From the IMG/VR virus record IMGVR_UViG_3300025418_000011: a stretch of 64,000 nt of DNA; one strand, written 5' to 3'. The notes under the pieces were generated by a model. It did no database searches, had not been told where the DNA came from, and saw only the letters and a list, made by a program, of their open reading frames with translations. This document shows, in pieces, positions 16,849-26,522 of the stretch. Within the stretch, counting starts at the first letter, position 1; every line of letters begins with the position of its first letter. This DNA is from a virus. The position numbers were made by a program, and so were the translations under genes.

Positions 16849-17070
16849 ATGAAAGTAAACCACAGAACAAAATTATTATTTAGAAGCTATACAGGTAGAG
16901 TTAATGTAACATTTATGATATTGTTTTCTATTTGTGTTATTTGGGCATATGTAAGTTATTTGGATAAAGTTAAAAAAGATGCAACTATTCCTTGGTACGC
17001 CCTGTTTTTCAGGGTTAGCCCACAGCCTTCATGGAACTACGCCTCACCCTTCGATGGGCAAAGCAAATGA
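16849..17070 (+). CDS. Small single-TM protein
   Basis: 73 aa with one hydrophobic segment; ACACAAAATG leader. Confidence 0.5.
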   Translation: MKVNHRTKLLFRSYTGRVNVTFMILFSICVIWAYVSYLDKVKKDATIPWYALFFRVSPQPSWNYASPFDGQSK

Positions 17071-17258
17071 AATATGAAGTAAAAATAAAGAAGATATATA
17101 GCTTGATAATACCTGTGGAAGCAGATGCCCCATGGGAAGCTAAAGACAAAGCTGCCGAAATTTTAAAATCAGGAAAGTATCCTGACGGCTCAAAATTACA
17201 ACCATTCAAATATGAACAAACCCTACCTCCAGTAGAGTGGGGGTTCTGGGAGATATAA
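17067..17258 (+). CDS. Hypothetical protein
   Basis: ATG at 17067 (ATGA overlap): MKYEVKIKK...PVEADAPWEAKDKA. Confidence 0.55.
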   Translation: MKYEVKIKKIYSLIIPVEADAPWEAKDKAAEILKSGKYPDGSKLQPFKYEQTLPPVEWGFWEI

Positions 17259-17260
17259 AT

Positions 17261-17728
17261 ATGCAACCTGTAGTTAAAGTATTTTGGGAGAAAGGTAGAC
17301 ATGCAAGGCGGATAGAACCTCCTGTGGATTTATTGGATTGGAGGAACACAGACTTAAAAGATATACTCATCAACTGCAGAGCCGAAGGCTATAACACCAT
17401 AATTATAGCCAGGCCTCAGTTATGGCTTAAAACCTATTACAAGGTATTTTGCGTAATTTGGTCTCTGTTGGAAAACCCGTTCCATAATCCCGGAGCATAT
17501 AATGACGAAAATCCTTGGCATTTATGGTCCAGCTCTTCTTGTAAGTTATATTACAAAAATACAACCATACACAGGAGCCAGTGGACTTGTGATAGGATTA
17601 ATTTTGACAGCTGGACAAATATACCTATAGAGACCACAGAAAGAGTGCATGCCGCGGTACAAATGATTTATAATCAGGGTAAAGAGTATTTCACTATGGA
17701 GGAACCACCTCCGCAGCAAAATAATTAA
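17261..17728 (+). CDS. Hypothetical protein
   Basis: ATG at 17261; Trp-rich 155 aa. Confidence 0.55.
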   Translation: MQPVVKVFWEKGRHARRIEPPVDLLDWRNTDLKDILINCRAEGYNTIIIARPQLWLKTYYKVFCVIWSLLENPFHNPGAYNDENPWHLWSSSSCKLYYKNTTIHRSQWTCDRINFDSWTNIPIETTERVHAAVQMIYNQGKEYFTMEEPPPQQNN

Positions 17729-17782
17729 TCCATCTCTTGCAAAAGAGTATAATCATTGATATCTTATCTGAACTTGAATTAA

Positions 17783-17855
17783 CGCAGGGTGGACAAGCGG
17801 TTAAGTCGCGTGGCTCATAATCACGAGATCCCGGGTTCGATCCCCGGCCCTGCCA
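17783..17855 (+). tRNA. tRNA-Met (CAT), initiator-like
   Basis: C1 unpaired (C1:C72), A11-U24, anticodon loop CTCATAA, T arm CCGGG-TTCGATC-CCCGG; anticodon stem CGTGG/TCACG. Confidence 0.85.
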
Positions 17856-17870
17856 AATTCTAATCTTCTC

Positions 17871-18425
17871 ATGAAATCCTCTAAAGAAATATTAAAAGAC
17901 GAAACTGCCCCATTAATGGCCCTATTATATGTTATTCAGAAAGCGTTTGGGGTAGACTCTTTTAGTTGGGAGCCACAGATTCTTAGAAATGAATTAGAGC
18001 ATGAGTTTGATGTCACTCTAACAGATTTACAATCTGATAAACTGCAGGCCGCGCTTACCATATTAACAACTAATATGTACGAGACTGACCTGAGAACTTT
18101 TGAGGTTTGTACTAGCTTAATAAATCATAATCATCAAGATTTTGAAGACTTTGAGCCTTTAGAGGCCGAGGAGCTTATTGTGGGCATGACAGAGGTTATG
18201 TTACTCAAGATGGAAGAACTAGAATACAGCCAGGCGGTTAGAGCCTATGCTGGGTGGGTATTCCATGAATACGGCTTCTGCAAGGCTCCTGATTTATTTC
18301 CTGATGCTATTATGCCAGAAGGATATCCTACTGACGGAGATGATACAGAGAAGAACAAAGCGTTAGAAGAAATATTTAACATGAAAGTAGACAAGGTTAC
18401 AGAATATATGACAAAACACAGCTAA
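17871..18425 (+). CDS. Hypothetical acidic helical protein
   Basis: 184-aa ORF near terminase. Confidence 0.65.
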   Translation: MKSSKEILKDETAPLMALLYVIQKAFGVDSFSWEPQILRNELEHEFDVTLTDLQSDKLQAALTILTTNMYETDLRTFEVCTSLINHNHQDFEDFEPLEAEELIVGMTEVMLLKMEELEYSQAVRAYAGWVFHEYGFCKAPDLFPDAIMPEGYPTDGDDTEKNKALEEIFNMKVDKVTEYMTKHS

Positions 18426-18426
18426 T

Positions 18427-19563
18427 ATGATCAGAGACAACACACACCTGTTCGAGGCACCAGCTGCCTTAGGACAAATCCGAATAGAGTATTTGTATAA
18501 CCTAAAGTATGGAACAATTCCATCTAAGTTGAACATTAATGAATCTCTATATGCAGACAAAACAATCAAATATGTATCCAAGCATTTTGATAGCTTCTCG
18601 ATAGAATATACTTCTAGAGGCGACTCATTATCTCGTGGTACTTATTGGATAGGTAAAGTCGGCACAACTTTCGAGGGAGTAGTATTAGAAACTAGCGACT
18701 CAGAGCATGGTGAGTATCCGTCTATATCAGGAGAAGAGTTTGCTATCAGAAGAAGAGGCGGTAAAAAGAAATCTGAAGAACCAGAGCTTTGCACAATATC
18801 GGCTGTAGGTCCTGATGAAAAAGTATTAAAGAAACTTTGGGAAACCTTAAAAGAGTTTAAGTATGTATCCAAGTCAAAGATATATCTATTAGCTACACAG
18901 TATGGTGAGGTAACTTTAAAGCCCTTGGATGTGCCTGAATCTACTTCTGATTTAGCTCTAAACTACGGCTCTAAATTTCCACCTCTGCACGACGAGATAA
19001 TAAATTCTCTAAACAATAAGAGCTCTGGCTTGTACTTGTTCTACGGAGAACCAGGCACAGGAAAGTCCTCATATATTAAGCATTTGTTATCTGTGATCTC
19101 AGAGAGAAAGATTGTTTATATCCCTATCAATCTTATAGACCATTTGATTTCACCAGACTTTATTCCGTTGCTCATGAACAATAGGAATATGATCTTGGTG
19201 ATAGAAGACGCAGAAAAGGCTCTGGTATCTCGTGAAGAGAATACCGGTAACGCATCCATTGTGTCTGCTATTCTGAATCTTACAGACAGCTTTATCAGCA
19301 GCACATTGAATGTAACTATCATAGCCACATTCAATACAAAGAAAGAAAATCTTGATAAGGCCCTCCTTAGAAAAGGTAGGTTAAAGTTCAGTCATGAGTT
19401 CGATAAGTTAAGTGTGGAAGATGCTCAGAAGTTAATAGACTCTCTAAAGATAGACCATAAAGTAGAATCGCCTATGACTATCGCAGAAATTTATTATCTC
19501 ACGGAGGATAACCACCTTAAAGAAGAAGAGCCCAAAAAAGTTATTGGGTTTGGAGGAGTTTAA
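18427..19563 (+). CDS. AAA+ ATPase (single domain, BCS1-like)
   Basis: Walker A GEPGTGKS, Walker B VIEDAE, SRH DKALLRKGRL. Confidence 0.9.
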   Translation: MIRDNTHLFEAPAALGQIRIEYLYNLKYGTIPSKLNINESLYADKTIKYVSKHFDSFSIEYTSRGDSLSRGTYWIGKVGTTFEGVVLETSDSEHGEYPSISGEEFAIRRRGGKKKSEEPELCTISAVGPDEKVLKKLWETLKEFKYVSKSKIYLLATQYGEVTLKPLDVPESTSDLALNYGSKFPPLHDEIINSLNNKSSGLYLFYGEPGTGKSSYIKHLLSVISERKIVYIPINLIDHLISPDFIPLLMNNRNMILVIEDAEKALVSREENTGNASIVSAILNLTDSFISSTLNVTIIATFNTKKENLDKALLRKGRLKFSHEFDKLSVEDAQKLIDSLKIDHKVESPMTIAEIYYLTEDNHLKEEEPKKVIGFGGV

Positions 19564-21263
19564 ATCTCCCTAGCACTGCTACTTGCGCCCTGGAGAACAA
19601 TATCTCCAGCGGCCATGTAGGCGGCGCAAGCGGCGAATACAAGGCTGTGCATGGCGTCGTCGGGCTGGTTGGGATTATGGTTATAGAACATCTCCTGGCC
19701 ATACAGGCCGTCTTTTACTTCAACATATACGTTTAAAAGATCCTGCATATAGTCAGACACATCTTCCCAGTTAGGAAACAGGATCTTGCCTTCTTTTATT
19801 TGACGGATCACCAGAGATATAACATCAGACCTGTGCAGTATCCATCTGTTTTGTCGCCAGTCATAGTCACCCATGTCAAAGTACTGAATCACTTTACTGC
19901 GTCTATATGCAGCTAACTGTGATCTTGTTGGGCTGGTCATTTCGCAGAGTTTTATTCCTCTGATAGGATCAGGTCCAGAGTCAGACACACAATAGGCATT
20001 ATAGCCATTTGCTATCTCGGATATGCTCTTTATGTGTGCTTCATGATCAAAACCAGAAAAAATCTTAACAAAAAATACTTCAAATATCCCATCGTTTCTC
20101 AATGCTCCAACAGTGCATACTGTTCTGCTCTGCACCATAGAAACACCCCAATCCACACCCACAGTAAATATTTTATACCTTCCCCTATTCTTCAAGAATA
20201 CGGCATGCTTATCGCTGCCAGGCTCAATCATATTACCAAGTACACAATTCTTTCTAAGTTCTTCTTCAGTAATTGGCTTTGTACCTATATCAAAGCTCAA
20301 GCCCAGTACCTCATTCATTATCTTTTTCTGATCATATTTTCCGCTAGTGCATTTTTCATAAATTTCTTTCCACTCTTTTTCGCTCTCGTTGAAGAATGGT
20401 AAGATTGGCTGCGCAAGATGATATCCCGTCATTAAAAAATTCTTGGGATTACCCGCAGCCCATTCTCCTTGCCTAGCATCTAATTTTTTAGAGCATTTTG
20501 AACAACTCAATCCATGAGGTAAAATCATTTTCATAGGGTCATTGCCTTCTGTAAGGCTATTCCAATGCCCACACCCACAACGCATCATCCACTCCAGTTG
20601 GTTTGTTGTTTTCCACAAACTATGAATAGTATTCGAGGAGTCTAACGGCGTACCTGCGAATATCTCTCGTTTGTAAGGACTCAATGCCATTGTTTCCTGG
20701 ATAATAGGTATCTGGTCATAATGTATGTCCTGCACCTCATCATAAACAATACAATCCACGGCGGGACCACGAACTCGCGTTGCATCATCTTTAACATAAC
20801 GAAACAAGATACTACTTCTAGTGTCCCCTAAAATCTTTTCAAACACATCATTCTTATCCCAGCCTTTCACCAACATATTCTTAACCTTAGGGCTATCAAA
20901 TCTAGGTGGAAGGTAATTACTAGAAAAATATTTAACAGTTAACTCCTGCGGACCAATATATAGTAGCTTGTAGTAATTCCATCTCAACATGTTTAAACAA
21001 ACGAAATTACTCAAAAGTGTACTCTTCAAAGTTTTACGACTGCACTTAAGGAGCAATTTCTGCGGCATATTGTCATAAATATGCTTAAGCATCGGGAAAT
21101 CATTTAAATCTTGAAGCCTGCCCTCATTATCAAACAAGTAGTTCTCGACAAAATGAGAGGGAGGAAGTACCGAAAACATTAGCTGTCGAGCACGAAAAAC
21201 TGACTCCTTGGTTCCTGCCTTGAGCAGTTTTTCTATAGTTTCTTTAACATCGTAATGGGACAT
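19560..21263 (-). CDS. terL: Terminase large subunit (GpA-like)
   Basis: SRKTLKST Walker A, RVRG..VDCIVYDEVQD Walker B, CxC/CxxC Zn motifs, GVDWG nuclease motif. Confidence 0.85.
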   Translation of the reverse strand: MSHYDVKETIEKLLKAGTKESVFRARQLMFSVLPPSHFVENYLFDNEGRLQDLNDFPMLKHIYDNMPQKLLLKCSRKTLKSTLLSNFVCLNMLRWNYYKLLYIGPQELTVKYFSSNYLPPRFDSPKVKNMLVKGWDKNDVFEKILGDTRSSILFRYVKDDATRVRGPAVDCIVYDEVQDIHYDQIPIIQETMALSPYKREIFAGTPLDSSNTIHSLWKTTNQLEWMMRCGCGHWNSLTEGNDPMKMILPHGLSCSKCSKKLDARQGEWAAGNPKNFLMTGYHLAQPILPFFNESEKEWKEIYEKCTSGKYDQKKIMNEVLGLSFDIGTKPITEEELRKNCVLGNMIEPGSDKHAVFLKNRGRYKIFTVGVDWGVSMVQSRTVCTVGALRNDGIFEVFFVKIFSGFDHEAHIKSISEIANGYNAYCVSDSGPDPIRGIKLCEMTSPTRSQLAAYRRSKVIQYFDMGDYDWRQNRWILHRSDVISLVIRQIKEGKILFPNWEDVSDYMQDLLNVYVEVKDGLYGQEMFYNHNPNQPDDAMHSLVFAACAAYMAAGDIVLQGASSSAREI

Positions 21264-21419
21264 AGTACAAGAAAGAAGTTAGGTAAAAATCAAAAACAAA
21301 TCAACAACTTTGTTACAATATATAATTTTACATATGAAGCGCTCGAATCGCTTATTTCAGTTGTTACCCCAAAGGCAGAGGTAAATAAAAAATATTACCC
21401 AGTATATAGGAAAAGGTAG
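21255..21419 (+). CDS. Possible small basic protein (54 aa) overlapping terL start head-to-head
   Basis: Manual translation MGHSTRKKLGKNQKQINNFVTIYNF...YYPVYRKR*; fills the intergenic gap. Confidence 0.3.
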   Translation: MGHSTRKKLGKNQKQINNFVTIYNFTYEALESLISVVTPKAEVNKKYYPVYRKR

Positions 21420-21432
21420 TATAATCGTAGTT

Positions 21433-21630
21433 ATGAGTAAAACAGCAATTTATTATAAGGTCAGAGACAGGCTTAAACAATATGTATCTCCGGTAATAAA
21501 GCCGCTATTAGATAAATATTATACAGGCAGTAGCAAGTCTGCTCAGCGCAAGGATTTGGCGGATAGTTATGCCCAACAGGTGCAACCCCCTCCTCAGCCG
21601 CAGGCACCACCTAGGCCAAAGAAAGTATAA
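21433..21630 (+). CDS. Hypothetical basic protein
   Basis: 65-aa ORF. Confidence 0.55.
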   Translation: MSKTAIYYKVRDRLKQYVSPVIKPLLDKYYTGSSKSAQRKDLADSYAQQVQPPPQPQAPPRPKKV

Positions 21631-21651
21631 ACCAGCAAGCTAACACACACA

Positions 21652-22116
21652 TTGAAAAAAAAGGCTAAAAAGGTTAATAAAAAGACAGAAGTAGTAGAGG
21701 TAAAAAAGAGAGGCAGAGGACGCCCAAGAAAAGTAATTCAGCCAGAGCCTCCTGTTGCGGTTAAAAGGAAAAGAGGTAGACCTCCAAAGGTTGTATTAGC
21801 ACCACAAGTTGTGGTTACAAAAGCCAAGCCTAAAAACAAACCGCGAGAGTCAAAGCCTGCTGTTGTTAAGACAATAAAAAAGCAAGTAACCCCGTCGAAT
21901 TCGACGGAGTTTAAAATAAGCTCTCATGAGCTGTATGGTGCAGCTGTTTGGTTGCTATCGAAGTTACCTCATCACGAGGATGAATATATCAAGAAGATGG
22001 CCAGAAAGAGAGGTACAACACCATTGAATACCATCATGGAGCATATGCTAGACTTTTTTGGCGTTAAAGGCACAGAAATCGGACAGTTACTAAAAGAAAC
22101 ACACAAACCACAATAA
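21652..22116 (+). CDS. AT-hook DNA-binding protein
   Basis: Two AT-hooks KRGRGRPRK and KRKRGRPPK; Lys-rich; RHH-like C-terminus. Confidence 0.7.
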   Translation: MKKKAKKVNKKTEVVEVKKRGRGRPRKVIQPEPPVAVKRKRGRPPKVVLAPQVVVTKAKPKNKPRESKPAVVKTIKKQVTPSNSTEFKISSHELYGAAVWLLSKLPHHEDEYIKKMARKRGTTPLNTIMEHMLDFFGVKGTEIGQLLKETHKPQ

Positions 22117-22120
22117 ACAC

Positions 22121-23689
22121 ATGGAATTCACACAAAAATTCAAAAATTATTACAAAGCACATTATCCTAGCCTGTTCATTCTCACCCACGAGGAAGAACG
22201 GGTGGTTAAGGACTTATTAGAGTTATTCTCTAATGACCAGGTTACAAAATTACATGCCTGGGATGCTCAGCGAGGGTTGGTTAATTTGAAAGATAATAAT
22301 CAAAACCATCCCGAAGGGCTTAACAACAGCACAGAGCTTCTCAAGTATCTGCAAGGATACAGAGAAGAGGATAATATCTTTATCCTAAAAGATTTTCACC
22401 TGCATTTCGACAAGGTGATTAACATTCGTTTACTCAGGAATCTTTGGAACATTCTAAAGAGTAAGGGCAATATGATTGTATTGGTTGGTCATAAGTTTGC
22501 AATCCCTGCGGAGATGGAGAAAGAAATCCAGCTTATAGATTATGATCTTCCGGGTGTTAAAAGCATAGGAGAACGCCTGGACTACATCATCGACTCTGTT
22601 AATAAAGCCAGAGAAGATAAAAAGATGGAGATCATAGAGGTTCCCCAGGACATCAAAGAGGCAGCTATAGAGGCAGCCAAGGGTATGACCTTTGGAGAAA
22701 TTGAGAATGCGTTTGCAATGGCATATACCTCTGCAAAAACATTCAACAAAGAATTCACCTCCACGGTGTTTGATGAGAAGATCCAGCAACTCAAGAAGAA
22801 TGGATTGCTCACATATATCCCTAGCGATATCTCATTTGATAACGTAGGTGGTTTGAGCGGGCTTAAGAGCTGGATTCATTCCAGGAAGAAGGCGTACACC
22901 CAAGAAGCCAGGGAATACAAACTCCCTCTCCCAAAGGGTATTCTCATTGCGTCTGTGCCGGGTACAGGTAAAACGCTGATCAGTAAGTCTATTGCCAAAG
23001 AATTCGATTGCCCATTGTTTCAGTTTGATATGGGCTCCGTGTTCGACTCGCATGTAGGTAACAGTGAGCGTAATATGCGAGAAGCTATCAAGGTAATCGA
23101 GAGTATCGGCAAATGCGTTATTCTTATTGATGAGATAGAAAAGAGCCTCAGTAAGGATGCCGTATCAGGTAAGGGAGACACAGGTGTTAGCTCTCGTATT
23201 TTCGGTACATTCCTTGGCTGGTTGAATGATCGTACTAACCCTGCGTTCATTGTGGCCACATCGAACGATCACACTATTCTTCCTTCCCCTCTTATTCGCA
23301 AAGGTAGGTTTGACCAGCTTTTCTGGGTAGATCTTCCTTCAGAGCAGGAGCGTAAAGAGATCTTTAGCGTGGTGCTTAAGAAGTATGGTAGAACCCCCGA
23401 TAACTATAACCTGAAGAAGTTCGTGGATGAATCCGACGAGTTCACAGGCGCAGAGATCGAGGATGTTATAAAGTCAGCATTGTTCAGGGCGTTTTACGCC
23501 GGTAAAGAAATATCAGATAAAGAAGTATTGGCAGAACTTGACGAGTTCATCCCGTTCGCTCATTCGCACGAGGAGGACTTGCAAATCATGCGTAAACAGG
23601 CTCGCGGTAAGCTGGTTATGCTTAACGACGAGGGAGAAACACAAACAGTAGAAACCGCTATGCGCAAGCTTAGCATATCAATGGACTAA
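22121..23689 (+). CDS. ycf46: Ycf46-like AAA+ ATPase
   Basis: Degenerate N-terminal AAA (FILKDFH), DVGG-like NVGGL, Walker A VPGTGKT, Walker B LIDEIEK, IRKGRFD. Confidence 0.85.
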   Translation: MEFTQKFKNYYKAHYPSLFILTHEEERVVKDLLELFSNDQVTKLHAWDAQRGLVNLKDNNQNHPEGLNNSTELLKYLQGYREEDNIFILKDFHLHFDKVINIRLLRNLWNILKSKGNMIVLVGHKFAIPAEMEKEIQLIDYDLPGVKSIGERLDYIIDSVNKAREDKKMEIIEVPQDIKEAAIEAAKGMTFGEIENAFAMAYTSAKTFNKEFTSTVFDEKIQQLKKNGLLTYIPSDISFDNVGGLSGLKSWIHSRKKAYTQEAREYKLPLPKGILIASVPGTGKTLISKSIAKEFDCPLFQFDMGSVFDSHVGNSERNMREAIKVIESIGKCVILIDEIEKSLSKDAVSGKGDTGVSSRIFGTFLGWLNDRTNPAFIVATSNDHTILPSPLIRKGRFDQLFWVDLPSEQERKEIFSVVLKKYGRTPDNYNLKKFVDESDEFTGAEIEDVIKSALFRAFYAGKEISDKEVLAELDEFIPFAHSHEEDLQIMRKQARGKLVMLNDEGETQTVETAMRKLSISMD

Positions 23690-23690
23690 C

Positions 23691-24695
23691 ATGGACAGTA
23701 ACAACAAAATATCAGAAACGCTTCAGAAGTATTACGACAAGGTTTTCGAGGATGGTAAGCTCGTTAACGTACACATTGCGATGTGGGGCATGAGCTACAG
23801 CCTCACAGAAGAGGACATCAAGCTGGATCAAAAGCTGCCAGAAATGATTCAGCTGGGTAAAAAGATGCTCATCAAGCCCGCGGTGCATAACTTGTTCCGC
23901 AGCTTGCAGCAACGTGCCCGTAACTACCTGTATTCAAACTCGTTCCAGTTTCCCCTGGTTCCCCAAGCACACTTCGTTCCCAAGGCGAGGTATGTTGAGG
24001 TGTATCAGAAGCTCAACGAGTACAAGGAGGCATTCATTAATATGCGGGATGAGTTTATCGAAAAGTATCCCACGTATAAGCAGGAGGCCATCGACTACTA
24101 CAAGCAGTTTGAGGATCAAGTCAAGGTAGAGGACATGGAAAACCTATATCCAGACGTTGAGAAGGTTAAGTCGAAGTTCTCTTTCGATATTGTGTCGTTT
24201 GAGGTTAAGCTGCCCACGGAGTTTTCTAATGTGGACATACATACGGAAATTGGCCGTGAGCAGGCAAACAACGAAGCAAAGGTTGCAGCAGCCAGAAAAT
24301 ACAGGGAGGAATATTCAAATCAACTCAGCACTCATATGAGCAAAATCAATGAGTTTGTTGGCGATGTGATTGATACCCTGCGTTCAAAGGTTGTAGAGCA
24401 TTGCTCTGTTGTGTTGGAAAAAATCTCCAAAAAGGAGGTTGTTTCAGAAACCAATATCAAGACGCTGATGAAGCACATCAATGAGTTTCGTGATCTTAAC
24501 TTCATAGAAGATAAGAACATCGAGGCAGAGCTTAGCAAGGTTGAAAACCTGCTTAAGGGAAATAAGGACCTGGCTAAAGACAAAGATGCCGTTAAAGAAC
24601 TGCAGTCTATGCTTACTGGGGTAATCACAGAGGCTAAAAATGTTAGCGATGTGGCTAACATCTCCGGGGAGTATTTCCGCAAGCTGGAAGTATAA
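23691..24695 (+). CDS. DUF3150-like coiled-coil protein
   Basis: LGKKMLI...RARNYL...FVP..Y.EV..KL pattern, seen next to Ycf46-type ATPases. Confidence 0.5.
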   Translation: MDSNNKISETLQKYYDKVFEDGKLVNVHIAMWGMSYSLTEEDIKLDQKLPEMIQLGKKMLIKPAVHNLFRSLQQRARNYLYSNSFQFPLVPQAHFVPKARYVEVYQKLNEYKEAFINMRDEFIEKYPTYKQEAIDYYKQFEDQVKVEDMENLYPDVEKVKSKFSFDIVSFEVKLPTEFSNVDIHTEIGREQANNEAKVAAARKYREEYSNQLSTHMSKINEFVGDVIDTLRSKVVEHCSVVLEKISKKEVVSETNIKTLMKHINEFRDLNFIEDKNIEAELSKVENLLKGNKDLAKDKDAVKELQSMLTGVITEAKNVSDVANISGEYFRKLEV

Positions 24696-24696
24696 T

Positions 24697-25026
24697 ATGT
24701 TTAATAAAGAGGAGAATGTGTTAGACCTACCCTCATTTGATATGCTCTGGATCTCCTTTAGGGGGGATCCAGAGAACATATTTAGCTTAATAATTCCATA
24801 TTGTGAGGTGAGCAACGGAGAGGTAAGAGCTATATCTCACGATAACATATCAATACTCGCGAAAGAGGAGATGTTTGACATCCCTCCTGACGAGTTTAAA
24901 GAGATTATTGAAAATTCTCTAAACACCTGCTGGGAAGAACAGGGGTTTAAGAGAAAAAAGATAATCAGATTAAGTGTGCAACCTGCAAAAACAAATAAAG
25001 TAATACAAATACCGATAAACACATGA
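24697..25026 (+). CDS. Hypothetical protein
   Basis: ATG at 24697. Confidence 0.55.
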   Translation: MFNKEENVLDLPSFDMLWISFRGDPENIFSLIIPYCEVSNGEVRAISHDNISILAKEEMFDIPPDEFKEIIENSLNTCWEEQGFKRKKIIRLSVQPAKTNKVIQIPINT

Positions 25027-25412
25027 GTCATTCAGTAAAAATTAAAACAAAGTTTAAAAACAAGCGATTGTTGCTTAATACATTCGAAAACATGGGTTGG
25101 AAGGTTGTAGAAAACCAGGTATGCACCACTTATCCCACAGACCCAAGCAGGAATGTGGTGCACCAATATGTAGCCCTGAACCCATCCCCTATGGGATATG
25201 ATGTAGGCATAGATATCAATAGTGACGGTGAAGCACAGTTTACCTGCGACTTTTACGATTCATCTATCGCAAAACAGCTAGGTCATAACTTGCAATATAT
25301 TAAACAGAATTATTCATTAGCTGAAGTAAAGCAGTTCATGAATGAGGAGGATTTGAACTACAAAGTGGAAACATTATCCACAGGAGAATTAAAAATAATC
25401 GCAACCAAATAA
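25023..25412 (+). CDS. DUF1257 (Ycf35-like) protein
   Basis: MSHSVKIKTKFKN...LLNTF..MG...YDVGI...QNY..AEV...G.L.I pattern. Confidence 0.75.
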   Translation: MSHSVKIKTKFKNKRLLLNTFENMGWKVVENQVCTTYPTDPSRNVVHQYVALNPSPMGYDVGIDINSDGEAQFTCDFYDSSIAKQLGHNLQYIKQNYSLAEVKQFMNEEDLNYKVETLSTGELKIIATK

Positions 25413-25430
25413 ACCCAACCAAAAACAAAT

Positions 25431-25694
25431 ATGAACAGCAACGAATTCGAATCCATCTCAACGCAGCTCGAAAAGTCCATCGTGGAAACACTCTACAACG
25501 AGTGCCAACCATATCCACCCGCCAAGGTGTATGTTCACCGGCATACCCTGGTGCCTGAGAAGTCACCAGGTTGGGCCAGAGCTAAGGTTACGTATGTGGT
25601 GTATTGCCCAGGGGAGAAAACACACTCCGTAAATATTCGTTTCCAACACGACAAAACCGGCAGGTTTATTCGTAACTCTATGCAATATGTCTAA
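25431..25694 (+). CDS. Hypothetical protein
   Basis: 87-aa ORF with A/C-rich leader. Confidence 0.6.
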   Translation: MNSNEFESISTQLEKSIVETLYNECQPYPPAKVYVHRHTLVPEKSPGWARAKVTYVVYCPGEKTHSVNIRFQHDKTGRFIRNSMQYV

Positions 25695-25884
25695 GAGTAT
25701 TGTTTTCATTATAGATAAAACCGGCAACGTAAAAGTCGACAAGGTAGAGGGTTACGGATCCGGTTGCTTAGAGGCAACAAAACTCATTGAGGATAGGCTC
25801 GGTGGTGCTGAGGAAGGCACCAGAGAGATGACAGAGGAATACAATGAGCCTATTCAAAACAAAGATAACCAAATAGAGTTATAA
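25687..25884 (+). CDS. DUF2997 protein
   Basis: IVFIIDKTGNVKVDKVEGYGSGCLEATKLIEDRLG...T.EY pattern. Confidence 0.8.
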   Translation: MSKSIVFIIDKTGNVKVDKVEGYGSGCLEATKLIEDRLGGAEEGTREMTEEYNEPIQNKDNQIEL

Positions 25885-25885
25885 T

Positions 25886-26158
25886 ATGCGCAGCGTTATC
25901 TATATAGACAGCGAGGGAAACCTCTCTGGACTATCAGATAACCTTTTCGACAAGCTTGCTACCCTCGGTCAGAGGGTAGTCAAGCGAGTCTCTAACATAG
26001 AATTCAATCCAAGAATCCAAATGTGGGAGGCAAAAGATCTAAAAGGGAATGTGATAGGAACACATCAATTCAGGGAAAAACTCATTGAGATAGAGAGAGA
26101 CTACCTAAACACACAAATAGAAAATAATTATGGAGCGAATAATGACAAGCTTCCTTAA
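25886..26158 (+). CDS. Small conserved partner of Ycf46/DUF1257/DUF2997 modules
   Basis: IYID..G......L..LG....KRVSNIEF....MWEA pattern. Confidence 0.55.
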   Translation: MRSVIYIDSEGNLSGLSDNLFDKLATLGQRVVKRVSNIEFNPRIQMWEAKDLKGNVIGTHQFREKLIEIERDYLNTQIENNYGANNDKLP

Positions 26159-26522
26159 AAAGGAAGAAATAATCAGAGGTAATGTTACCGAGGTATTAGC
26201 TGTGGAGTTAGTCAAGAACCGTAATGAAATCTATTATGTTTTTGAAAACTCTCTATGTGGACGCACGGGAAATTACAGCAAGACCGAAATATTAAAAGTT
26301 TGGATGGATGAGGAGCTAGCCAGGGACATGTATAATCTTTCCCTGGAGAATAAGACATCCAAGGGGTATACATTTGTAGAAGATGGGGATAATCTATACG
26401 GCCTAGCCCATATGCTTGACTATACCCAAGAATATGTGGATAGTGATAATGCTGTCGCACCCGGCAGACCTAATACACAAAAGATAGTTTTCACGGAACA
26501 ACACAGAAAATTAGAAGCATGA
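26130..26522 (+). CDS. Hypothetical protein (WGR-like C-terminal motif)
   Basis: 130 aa; ARDMY..SLENKTSKGYTFV. Confidence 0.5.
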   Translation: MERIMTSFLKKEEIIRGNVTEVLAVELVKNRNEIYYVFENSLCGRTGNYSKTEILKVWMDEELARDMYNLSLENKTSKGYTFVEDGDNLYGLAHMLDYTQEYVDSDNAVAPGRPNTQKIVFTEQHRKLEA

